Virus record (IMG/VR): IMGVR_UViG_3300049046_000039
Coordinates: 51,802-115,801 of that record
Direction: 5' to 3' (one strand)
Length of the DNA: 64,000 nucleotides
Source of the DNA: a virus
Positions within the stretch are counted from its first letter, which is position 1. The number at the start of each line of letters is the position of its first letter. Made by a program: the position numbers and the translations under genes. The notes under the pieces are model-generated. The model saw only the letters and a program-made list of their open reading frames with translations, ran no database searches and was not told the origin of the DNA. Positions 43,809 to 51,056 of the stretch are shown piece after piece.

Positions 43809-44828
43809 TTAGTTTTCGTAGTAGACCAGACTCGTTCCAGCCTTGAGCTTTCGATTTACCGAAGTCGACTGGATAAAGATGTCGTAGTTGCCGTGACTTC
43901 CAGGCGCCAGTCTGATGTTTCCGTAAGTCGGAAGACCGAGCATCTGTCGAGCAGCAGCACCTTCGTAGACTGCCTGTGAAGACTTGTCTCGAATGAGAAT
44001 CTTCTTGTAGTCCTGAACTACAGGTTCGGTCTTGGTCAGCTGGTAGAAGCCAGCACCCTTAACCATCTCACGACCAAGTCTCTTCTCGATGAAGGGCTTG
44101 ATTTGAGTGTCGTTCTCGTTAGAAGCTACAGGCCAGATCGTTACCTTGTTAGATACGTCGACCAGAGCTTCCTTGATCTCTTTTTCAGAGATGTTAGAAA
44201 GGTCGGCGTAGAACTTGCCGGTAGACTTCATACCGCTAGAGCGTTGAGTGAAGTACTCAGTGAACGCTTCTTCGTCGCGCTGTGCTGCAACAGCAACACC
44301 TCTCTCGGTCTGGTCCCACTCTAAGATGTTTCCAGAAGGGATGCCTAAGCGAGCGAGTGAGCCGGCGTGACCGCGAGGAACGCGGAATACGAAAGTCCAG
44401 CGATCAGTAGCTGTAAGCTCTCTGATCTTCTTGGCCAGCTTCGTGGCGTCGTATTTCTGCGAGTAGTTCTCGTAACCGTCGGTGATAGCCATCACGAGGA
44501 ACGAGACTGAAGCGTCGTCGTAGTCGGGGACAGACTCGAACTGCTCGATAAGATCTCCAACGGAGTCGAAGAGCGGAGTCCCTGGTCCGTCACAGACGTA
44601 GCTGGTGATCGGCGTGAGAGTGTTGACGTTCGAGTTGGTTATGACTCGCTTGACCGAAGCTGTTCGGCCGTGACCACACTCGACAACCGAGACGATAGTA
44701 TCCTGGCTGTTGGTGTTCGAAGCTTTCTTGATTGACTCGATTTTCGAGTTGTAGTCCTTAGCGGCTACGTGAGCGATGCACCTCATAGAGCCCGAGTGAT
44801 CGCGCGATATTCCAATATAGTTCTTCAT
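43809..44828 (-). CDS. vWA-domain protein
   Basis: DHSGSM MIDAS, TPLFD, ITDGYENxS. Confidence 0.85.
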   Translation of the reverse strand: MKNYIGISRDHSGSMRCIAHVAAKDYNSKIESIKKASNTNSQDTIVSVVECGHGRTASVKRVITNSNVNTLTPITSYVCDGPGTPLFDSVGDLIEQFESVPDYDDASVSFLVMAITDGYENYSQKYDATKLAKKIRELTATDRWTFVFRVPRGHAGSLARLGIPSGNILEWDQTERGVAVAAQRDEEAFTEYFTQRSSGMKSTGKFYADLSNISEKEIKEALVDVSNKVTIWPVASNENDTQIKPFIEKRLGREMVKGAGFYQLTKTEPVVQDYKKILIRDKSSQAVYEGAAARQMLGLPTYGNIRLAPGSHGNYDIFIQSTSVNRKLKAGTSLVYYEN

Positions 44829-44920
44829 CGTATTTCTCCGTATGTTTTATATGCGATGTATTATAGTATAGCAACGTATTGCAATCTATTTATAAGTCGC
44901 GACGGACACTGAACTAAAAA

Positions 44921-45011
44921 TGGTACTCCCTGCAGGAGTCGAACCTGCATAAGCCGCTAATCTGGCGCTACGGGATATAAGTCCGCTGCTTTACCGTTAA
45001 GCTAAGGGAGC
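44921..45011 (-). tRNA. tRNA-Ile(UAU) with long variable arm
   Basis: loop CTTATAT, about 21-nt V region, CCA. Confidence 0.85.
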
Positions 45012-45020
45012 ATTAAGTAG

Positions 45021-45097
45021 TGGCGCGCCTGGAGGGACTCGAACCCCCGACACCAAGTTTAGAAGACTCGTACTCTATCCAACTGAGCTACAGGCGC
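45021..45097 (-). tRNA. tRNA-Arg(UCU)
   Basis: loop CTTCTAA, CCA. Confidence 0.93.
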
Positions 45098-45106
45098 ACT
45101 ATAAGG

Positions 45107-45182
45107 TGGTGTGACATATGAGATTCGAACTCATTAACACTCGGACCACAACCGAGCCGCTATCCACGTTGCGTTATGCCAC
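45107..45182 (-). tRNA. tRNA-His(GUG), A73
   Basis: loop TTGTGGT, ACCA. Confidence 0.88.
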
Positions 45183-45193
45183 CATAAATTCTA

Positions 45194-45315
45194 TTTGCAG
45201 CCGAGGGATTGCGTTTCCTGTATTTGTCACCCAGCGCTAGGTGCAGGAATTTAGCCTCGTGATTGTCAACTACGACATACTTCCCCTACGGCATAAGGAC
45301 GCTAACGACTGCAAA
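45194..45315 (-). ncRNA. putative structured RNA
   Basis: TTGCAGTCG/CGGCTGCAA closing stem, inner TTCCTG/CAGGAA stem. Confidence 0.45.
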
Positions 45316-45333
45316 ACTCTAAAACTCTAAAAT

Positions 45334-45409
45334 TGGAGCACCATGAGGGATTCGAACCCCCGACCTAGCCGTTATGAGCGGCCAGCTCTAACCGCTGAGC
45401 TAATGGTGC
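45334..45409 (-). tRNA. tRNA(CAU), Met or Ile2
   Basis: loop CTCATAA, U73, CCA. Confidence 0.88.
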
Positions 45410-45415
45410 GATTCG

Positions 45416-45500
45416 TGGTAGGGGTAGCCGGACTCGAACCGGCACGAGCATAACTCAAAGGTTTTTAAGACCCATACGTCTACCATTCCGCCATACCCCC
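45416..45500 (-). tRNA. tRNA-Leu(UAA)
   Basis: loop CTTAAAA, V-arm, CCA. Confidence 0.9.
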
Positions 45501-45633
45501 ACTGGAATATGATAAGCTTATAATCCAGCTAGAATAAAATGTCAATTACTTTTATTCTACAAAAGTAGGTCTCTGTGCGCGAAGAATACTTTCTACCATG
45601 CCAGACGTTACTGTATTCTCAACCTACGAATTT

Positions 45634-45721
45634 TGGCGGAGCGTCCGGGAGTCGAACCCGGTCAACCCGTTAAGGTTGTACGCATTAGCAGTGCGCTGCA
45701 TTACCATCCTGCCCACGCTCC
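45634..45721 (-). tRNA. tRNA-Ser(GCU)
   Basis: loop CTGCTAA, long V-arm, GCCA. Confidence 0.92.
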
Positions 45722-45722
45722 A

Positions 45723-45899
45723 TTACTTCTTACCGACCTGTCCTTTGTCGATCATGTCTTGAAAGTACTCGTTCCAGCTGCTAAATCCTGGAAGTCCTAC
45801 TCTAAATTCGTATGGATCGGTCTTATGCTTGTAGATCTTACGCTCTACGCCGTCTATACCGAAGATTGACATCTTATATTCGAACTCATCTTCTTCCAT
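45723..45899 (-). CDS. 58-aa hypothetical protein
   Basis: MEEDEFEYKMSIFGIDG...; start codon inside a 16-bp inverted repeat. Confidence 0.5.
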   Translation of the reverse strand: MEEDEFEYKMSIFGIDGVERKIYKHKTDPYEFRVGLPGFSSWNEYFQDMIDKGQVGKK

Positions 45900-45914
45900 A
45901 AGACCGATCCATTG

Positions 45915-45989
45915 TGGTAGCGGAGGGCCGAATCGAACGGCCGTAAGGGTAGCTTATGAGACTCCCGGAGATCCAACACTCTCCCCGCA
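45915..45989 (-). tRNA. atypical tRNA(CAU), initiator-like
   Basis: U1:U72 mismatch, loop CTCATAA, ACCA; irregular D-arm. Confidence 0.7.
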
Positions 45990-45992
45990 GCT

Positions 45993-46070
45993 TGGAGGAC
46001 CATCTGGGGCTCGAACCCAGGACACGCGGATTAAAAGCCCGCTGCTCTAAACCTACTGAGCTAATGGTCC
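45993..46070 (-). tRNA. tRNA-Lys(UUU)
   Basis: loop CTTTTAA, CCA. Confidence 0.92.
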
Positions 46071-46076
46071 AATCTT

Positions 46077-46147
46077 TGGTACCTGTTAGGAGACTCGAAC
46101 TCCCCGACGCAGCCTTATGAGAGCCGCACGCTCAACCTGAGACAGGC
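46077..46147 (-). tRNA. atypical tRNA(CAU) with reduced D-arm
   Basis: 71 nt, loop CTCATAA, T-arm and ACCA intact. Confidence 0.65.
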
Positions 46148-46150
46148 AAA

Positions 46151-46624
46151 TCAGTGAAACCAAGGATTCGCGTACCAGAGGCGACGCGACTTGATTCCGT
46201 ATTCTTTTTCGTCAGCCTGAGCCGCAGCCCAGTCTCTAGCGCGCTTACCGTTACCGCTGTTCTTCTTGGCGGGAGCGTTCTGCTTCCAACCAGCTTTACA
46301 GCAGCGAGTGTAGGGAATAGTGCAGCCGCGAAGATCGCGGTTCTGACGCTTCTTCTTTCGAGAAGGTTTGTTGTAGCGAGAGTACTTGTACTCGAAAGCA
46401 GTAATGTCGACCATACGTCCGCGATCGTCGCGGAGAATCCAGTCGTTTACGACTTCGACGTACTCGTAAGACTTGACGAGGTAGTTGTACTTTCTAGTGG
46501 TACTCTTACGGTAAGTACCGACTCTGTTGCTTCTACAGAAGCTCTTGACCGCGCTCTCGTTGTAGAGAAGCACGACAGTCTTACCGTCCTTATGGACGGC
46601 GTTGACGGGATAGAGGTATTGCAT
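46151..46624 (-). CDS. basic hypothetical protein
   Basis: GGAG SD; Lys/Arg-rich; uORF at 46645-46680. Confidence 0.7.
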   Translation of the reverse strand: MQYLYPVNAVHKDGKTVVLLYNESAVKSFCRSNRVGTYRKSTTRKYNYLVKSYEYVEVVNDWILRDDRGRMVDITAFEYKYSRYNKPSRKKKRQNRDLRGCTIPYTRCCKAGWKQNAPAKKNSGNGKRARDWAAAQADEKEYGIKSRRLWYANPWFH

Positions 46625-46697
46625 TGGTCATCTCCATAGGTTACCTAACCTATAGTGTGACCGGTTCCAATCGGATTCATGTTTAATTCCTTAACTG

Positions 46698-46788
46698 TGG
46701 AGGAAGGCATGGGATTCGAACCCATGGAACACTCGTCGCGTTCGTCTGTTTTCTAGACAGATGCCTTAGACCGCTCGGCCAGCCTTCC
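46698..46788 (-). tRNA. tRNA-Ser(AGA)
   Basis: TCTGT CTAGAAA ACAGA, long V-arm, U73, CCA. Confidence 0.88.
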
Positions 46789-47148
46789 TTAATTTCTTCG
46801 CATCTTAGCGATGTCCTCGGCGTCTTCCTGCTTGAAGACAGGAACCATGTTGGACTTGTGCATGGTAGCGATACCCATGAGCTTGTCGCCTGTGTACTTG
46901 TTCTCGGACTTCTTAGGTATTGCCGAACCGATGCCGGCTCCAGACTCTACCTTAGGTGTCTCTCGCCTGAGAGACTTAGCGTCGAGAGGACTACTAACGA
47001 CTCTAGGCTTGTACCTAGACTTGCCAGCGCGCTTAGCTACATACTGCTTCAGAGTAATCTCATCGAGACCGAAGCGCTTCTGGCGCTTGTTGTACTCGAG
47101 GAAGTCCTGCATGAAGCGGTCTGCTTTTGTAACTTTTCTCTTTGGCAT
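46789..47148 (-). CDS. conserved T4-like hypothetical protein
   Basis: YTGDKLMGIATMHKSNMVPVF...IAKMRR. Confidence 0.8.
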   Translation of the reverse strand: MPKRKVTKADRFMQDFLEYNKRQKRFGLDEITLKQYVAKRAGKSRYKPRVVSSPLDAKSLRRETPKVESGAGIGSAIPKKSENKYTGDKLMGIATMHKSNMVPVFKQEDAEDIAKMRRN

Positions 47149-47190
47149 GTGAATATTATAACACGCTATAGAAAATTGTCAATCACTTTT

Positions 47191-47283
47191 TGGCGGAAGC
47201 GCTGGGATTCGAACCCAGGGAACGCTCGTCACGTTCGGCGGTTTTCAAGACCGCTGCCTTAAACCAGACTCGGCCACGCTTCC
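47191..47283 (-). tRNA. tRNA-Ser(UGA)
   Basis: loop CTTGAAA, long V-arm, GCCA. Confidence 0.93.
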
Positions 47284-47290
47284 TTAATTC

Positions 47291-47611
47291 TTACTGCTTC
47301 ACGTCACCGCAGTGAATGCAGACGTCGTGAGCCGGCTCTACGAGATTACCGTCGTCGTCTACTGCTTCGTGATATTCGTGATCGCACTTGGACTCGACAA
47401 AGTCCTTGAACCTCTTAACCATATCTTCCTCCTTGAGTGGTCGGCCAAAATAGCGGCGCTGATTGCCGCAAGCCCAGCAGCTGCAGCATTGAAGATGGTT
47501 AGCGAGCTTTCGGGCGTTCTTGCGAGGGAGATAGTAGTAAACCCTCTCGGCCTTCTTCTTCATTCTAGCCAGATGATGGCGACGAAGTGCTCTCTTGGTG
47601 TCTTTATTCAT
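47291..47611 (-). CDS. basic Cys-containing hypothetical protein
   Basis: CSCWACGN.RR; uORF at 47628-47645; possible internal start at MVKRFKDFVE. Confidence 0.7.
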   Translation of the reverse strand: MNKDTKRALRRHHLARMKKKAERVYYYLPRKNARKLANHLQCCSCWACGNQRRYFGRPLKEEDMVKRFKDFVESKCDHEYHEAVDDDGNLVEPAHDVCIHCGDVKQ

Positions 47612-47663
47612 ATGAACTTCCTCTACTTTAGGTGAGTATGTTCATATAGACCTCCCTTGTTTG

Positions 47664-47737
47664 TGGATGCCCCTTAAGGATTCGAACCTTAATTGACGGA
47701 TTCAGAGTCCGCGCTCTTGCCGTTAGAGGAAGGGGCA
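47664..47737 (-). tRNA. tRNA-Gln(CUG)
   Basis: loop CTCTGAA, U1-A72, CCA. Confidence 0.9.
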
Positions 47738-47880
47738 GTATTTCTATTGATGATCTCTAGAACGATGCCGAACGCTAAGAGCGCCATGGCACCAGAACTT
47801 AAAGCTTCGCTAGGTATCATAGATGCTAGAACCATTATGAGCGACCACTTGAAGTATACGTACGGCTCATAGAGTTTCAT
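47689..47880 (-). CDS. small membrane protein, 3' end overlaps tRNA-Gln
   Basis: two hydrophobic segments. Confidence 0.45.
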   Translation of the reverse strand: MKLYEPYVYFKWSLIMVLASMIPSEALSSGAMALLAFGIVLEIINRNTAPSSNGKSADSESVN

Positions 47881-47906
47881 GCAGCATTCCCGATGTAGAA
47901 GTTAGT

Positions 47907-47978
47907 AGGCCGCCTGAGATTCGATTCTCAGACTCTTCTCGGCTGAAATCCGAGTGTCCTCTATTAGACGAGCGGCCT
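47907..47978 (-). pseudogene. degenerate tRNA-Glu(UUC)-like element
   Basis: intact stems; ATCG T-loop; ends ACTA, not CCA. Confidence 0.6.
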
Positions 47979-47980
47979 AA

Positions 47981-48086
47981 GGAGAGGAAGGGAATCGAAC
48001 CCTACGACAGGACTGAAAGCAGACGCGGATGGGTACCAGCCGACGCGTCGATGCGATCAGAATGCTCTACCACTGAGCTACTCTCC
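47981..48086 (-). ncRNA. tRNA-like RNA with greatly extended anticodon arm
   Basis: acceptor, D and T arms canonical; about 50-nt hairpin replaces the anticodon arm; own promoter. Confidence 0.7.
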
Positions 48087-48140
48087 ATTCTTATATAATA
48101 ATCAAGAAGAGTAAAAATGTCAATGGCTTTTTAATCGAAA

Positions 48141-48275
48141 TCAGTACCGACACTCGCCACAACATCGAGTATCTTTATCGTCCTATTTGAAGCGCCGGAC
48201 AGTAGGGATGACTGCCTAAGCCGCGCCCTGGCCGGGGCTCGAATTTAATCAGCTGCTTAGATTCGTCGGTACTGA
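48141..48275 (-). ncRNA. putative structured RNA
   Basis: 11-bp closing stem TCAGTACCGAC/GTCGGTACTGA. Confidence 0.5.
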
Positions 48276-48278
48276 AAC

Positions 48279-48352
48279 TGGAACACGGTGGGAGAATCGA
48301 ACTCCCGTCGGCCGCTAATCAGGCGGCTGCCTTACCACTAGACGAACCGTGC
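48279..48352 (-). tRNA. atypical tRNA(GAU) with U37 and U73
   Basis: GCCGC CTGATTA GCGGC; TCCA end. Confidence 0.75.
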
Positions 48353-48358
48353 GTGGTG

Positions 48359-48634
48359 TTAGAAGATCGAGAAGATCAGGATAAGAACGATTACCGTTCC
48401 AACGATAGGAAGAATAGTGCTCCAGTCGATTCCTCTACGCTCGTTGAACGGAGGAAACTCGAGTGGCTGAGGGTATGCGTCTACCGGAGGAAGTTCCTCG
48501 ATAGTGTTGGTAGTCTCGTTAAGATTAGCGAGACCGACGATAGCTACTTCTTCAGTAGATTCCGCAGCGGGCCCAACTGGGTTAGACGCGGCCTGTACTT
48601 CAGTTTCAGCAACAACTTTCTTCTTACGTGCCAT
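48359..48634 (-). CDS. C-terminally anchored membrane protein
   Basis: MARKKK...; TM at C-terminus. Confidence 0.65.
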   Translation of the reverse strand: MARKKKVVAETEVQAASNPVGPAAESTEEVAIVGLANLNETTNTIEELPPVDAYPQPLEFPPFNERRGIDWSTILPIVGTVIVLILIFSIF

Positions 48635-48653
48635 AATATCTCTCATTTGAAGT

Positions 48654-48730
48654 TGGCTCTCTAGACAGGACTCGAACCTGTAACGGCCTGATTAACAGTC
48701 AGGTGCCTGTACCAGTCAGGCTCCTAGAGA
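48654..48730 (-). tRNA. tRNA-Asn(GUU)
   Basis: loop CTGTTAA, GCCA. Confidence 0.92.
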
Positions 48731-48740
48731 ATATAGTTTG

Positions 48741-48816
48741 TGGTACCGGTGGTGGGAATCGAACCCACCTTAAACTGCGTGTAAAGCAGGCGGCCTCTCC
48801 AGAAGTCGACACCGGC
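48741..48816 (-). tRNA. tRNA-Val(UAC)
   Basis: loop TTTACAC, ACCA. Confidence 0.88.
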
Positions 48817-48821
48817 ACTAA

Positions 48822-48899
48822 TGGTCTAGGTAGAGGGATTCGAACCCCCGGCCCCCTGCTCCCAAAGCAGGTGCTCTGACCCGACTGAGCTACACCTAG
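48822..48899 (-). tRNA. tRNA-Pro(UGG)
   Basis: loop TTTGGGA, C1-G72, ACCA. Confidence 0.93.
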
Positions 48900-48902
48900 A
48901 TA

Positions 48903-48983
48903 TGGAGCCCCCGACAGGATTCGAACCTGCATGTGATCCGGTTAACCTTTCAACTGGTTCGTAGCCAGAGGGTGTACGGGGGC
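48903..48983 (-). tRNA. D-armless tRNA-Arg(ACG)-like
   Basis: GCCCCCG TACACCC TCTGG CTACGAA CCAGT + 22-nt V region, T-arm, TCCA. Confidence 0.75.
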
Positions 48984-49080
48984 TTATAAAAACTTGGAGT
49001 GAGTCTACGTAGACTATATCTCACTCAGCCAGTCCCTAAGTCTACTCGGGAGTAGTCCTGGCGAAAATTATCGTTTAACG

Positions 49081-49092
49081 ATGTCAAAGAAC
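49081..49092 (-). promoter_or_regulatory. boxA-like antitermination element
   Basis: GTTCTTTGACAT immediately 3' of tRNA-Phe. Confidence 0.5.
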
Positions 49093-49168
49093 TGGTGGTG
49101 CTGGACGGGATCGAACCGCCGACACGAGGTTTTTCAGACCTCTGCTCTACCTGCTGAGCTACAGCACC
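49093..49168 (-). tRNA. tRNA-Phe(GAA)
   Basis: loop CTGAAAA, ACCA. Confidence 0.93.
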
Positions 49169-49176
49169 AACTATAT

Positions 49177-49638
49177 TCATCCGCCTAGTCTCACTAAGTG
49201 GTCTGCTGCGTGCATTGCTGCGAATGCGTGCGGCTTGATCTTAGCCTCGATACCAAGCGTTCCCATTACGTAGCCTAAAGCTTCCTTAACGGCAGGATTA
49301 GACTTGTACTTCGGGTTGGGGTTAACGTCGATGTGGAGCTCGAACTTTCGATTGCCGACGTACGGCATAATCTCGTGAGCAGCGTTCACAGCGAACATAA
49401 CCTCATTTATCAGACGCATCTTCGGATTCTTGATAGTACTGTAATCCTCTAACACGTTTGATTCGTGGAAAAGAACGCAGCCCTTCGAACTGTCTCGATG
49501 GACGATAATGACCGTAACGTAACGGGCATACCATCTTCCAGACTTTCTGAATCTCTTAGAGTCGCAGCCAACGTAGACTGAAGACTCTTGCGAAGACTCT
49601 ATGATAGCTCTAGTAGCCTTCTCGATGAAAGTACTCAC
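49177..49638 (-). CDS. RNase H-like YkuK-family protein
   Basis: YVGCDS, RLINEV, ELHIDVN, IKP.AFAA..AAD. Confidence 0.85.
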   Translation of the reverse strand: MSTFIEKATRAIIESSQESSVYVGCDSKRFRKSGRWYARYVTVIIVHRDSSKGCVLFHESNVLEDYSTIKNPKMRLINEVMFAVNAAHEIMPYVGNRKFELHIDVNPNPKYKSNPAVKEALGYVMGTLGIEAKIKPHAFAAMHAADHLVRLGG

Positions 49639-49653
49639 GTTCTTTTTCCTAAC

Positions 49654-49729
49654 TGGCATGGGTGGAGGGAGTCGAACCCCCGACACGCGGTTTTGGAGAC
49701 CGCTGCTCTGACCTCTGAGCTACACCCAT
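49654..49729 (-). tRNA. tRNA-Trp(CCA)
   Basis: loop CTCCAAA, GCCA. Confidence 0.93.
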
Positions 49730-49745
49730 ACATAACAAAAAATCG

Positions 49746-49821
49746 TGGTGGAGGATACGGGGATCGAACCCGTCACCTCCTGCTTGCAAGGCAGGCGCTC
49801 TCCCAAATGAGCTAATCCCCC
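49746..49821 (-). tRNA. tRNA-Ala(UGC)
   Basis: G3:U70, loop CTTGCAA. Confidence 0.95.
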
Positions 49822-49829
49822 ACTAACTG

Positions 49830-49912
49830 TGGCGCCCATGACGGGACTCGAACCCGCCTAGCATTTCTGCACCGGTAGACAGCCGGTTCCCGTCCCCGAC
49901 GGGTACATGGGC
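49830..49912 (-). tRNA. tRNA-Asp(GUC) with U37 and extended V-arm
   Basis: loop CTGTCTA, GCA GAAA TGC arm, GCCA. Confidence 0.82.
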
Positions 49913-49914
49913 AC

Positions 49915-49989
49915 TGGAGCGGACGAAGGGAATCGAACCCTCAACGATCTCGTTGGCAACGAGGCATTCTACCTTTGAATTACGTCCGC
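49915..49989 (-). tRNA. tRNA-Gly(GCC)
   Basis: loop TTGCCAA, TCCA. Confidence 0.93.
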
Positions 49990-49996
49990 ATAAGAA

Positions 49997-50071
49997 TGGA
50001 GGCGCGAACAGGAATCGAACCTGTGTAGCCGGGGTTGCAATCCGGTGCGTTAGCCACTCCGCCATCGCGCC
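49997..50071 (-). tRNA. tRNA-Cys(GCA)
   Basis: loop TTGCAAC, TCCA. Confidence 0.93.
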
Positions 50072-50224
50072 ATTATTCTTTCATGATTAAGTGCTAATAT
50101 ATATACTCGTTTCATGATAATGTCAACAAGTTTTTTAGCACTTAATCATTTTTTCAAGGTTAGGTTTAGTTCCTAACTACTTGCTCTTGATTATGTGAGC
50201 ATTATATCATAGTTTGGAAAAATG

Positions 50225-50758
50225 TCAACTAAAAAAATTAGCGTAATTACATTTTTTTAGAGCGAGGTCTACGATAAGCTTCCTACCAGCGTCATTACCA
50301 TTAACTCGATAGTGTCCTACCTTATAGTCTGACAGCAGGTTCTGAATCTCCACTCCCTTGGCGTCGCTTTCTTCTTCGGTCTGGTTGCGGCCCTTAGGAT
50401 TGTATGGCTTGACTCGATTGACGTAGAAGTTGAGATTGTTGTACTGGTCGAAAGCCCACTTGACTGTCTGCTTGAAGCAGTCAGGATAGTGTTCGGCGTA
50501 GGCCAGCCCGAGAAGGATGGGACTGTCTACTACCACTACGTCTACGTCGTTCTTGAGACGGTGGATGCGGTAGTGCTGCTTTCCGAAGACGTACAGCTGG
50601 TCTCTTAAGCAGTTCTGTCTTCCGGCCCAGACTAAGTCCTTAGCAAACTCTCCAGCCAGCTCGGCGTTAACTCCCTGGCTCTTAAGATCGTAGAACACTC
50701 CGGCAGCCAGAGTAGACTTACCGCTTCCTGGCGGTGCGAATAGGTTTATAACTAGCAT
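50225..50758 (-). CDS. P-loop kinase/ATPase (AAA_28/NadR-like)
   Basis: INLFAPPGSGKST, EFAKDLVW, DSP, GRNQ. Confidence 0.85.
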   Translation of the reverse strand: MLVINLFAPPGSGKSTLAAGVFYDLKSQGVNAELAGEFAKDLVWAGRQNCLRDQLYVFGKQHYRIHRLKNDVDVVVVDSPILLGLAYAEHYPDCFKQTVKWAFDQYNNLNFYVNRVKPYNPKGRNQTEEESDAKGVEIQNLLSDYKVGHYRVNGNDAGRKLIVDLALKKCNYANFFS

Positions 50759-51054
50759 TAGTACTTGGTGAATCCTCTTACAGTGCGCTTGAATCGATCG
50801 CTGGTAGCTAAGTCTCTCACGTGTATAGCCTTATCGTAAGTCCAGTCTCCAGAACCGTTTCCTTTGTACTCGTCTACTCTACCGCAAGCGTTGCTAAGTT
50901 CGATAGTAAGGTCGCTTATTATATTCTGGATAAGATGCTCTGAAGCACCTACCTGAGCTAGAAGTATAGCCAGGAACGCAGCTTCTTGGGGATTCAGCGT
51001 GATGACTATGTCTTGCGGTTCGCGATGAGGCGACTTAAACTCTACACTAGACAT
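50758..51054 (-). CDS. hypothetical protein, apparent paralog of 51570-51869
   Basis: shared LNPxEA..(L/I)A.L and V(R/K).FT.Y. Confidence 0.65.
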   Translation of the reverse strand: MSSVEFKSPHREPQDIVITLNPQEAAFLAILLAQVGASEHLIQNIISDLTIELSNACGRVDEYKGNGSGDWTYDKAIHVRDLATSDRFKRTVRGFTKY

Positions 51055-51056
51055 TA

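Noticed and set aside
47907-47978. Opal suppressor or selenocysteine tRNA (TCA in loop)
   Set aside because: In the 7-nt loop ATTTCAG positions 34-36 are TTC; no Sec-type long arms.
48699-50065. ORFs 48699-48932 and 49823-50065
   Set aside because: Composed entirely of tRNA genes.
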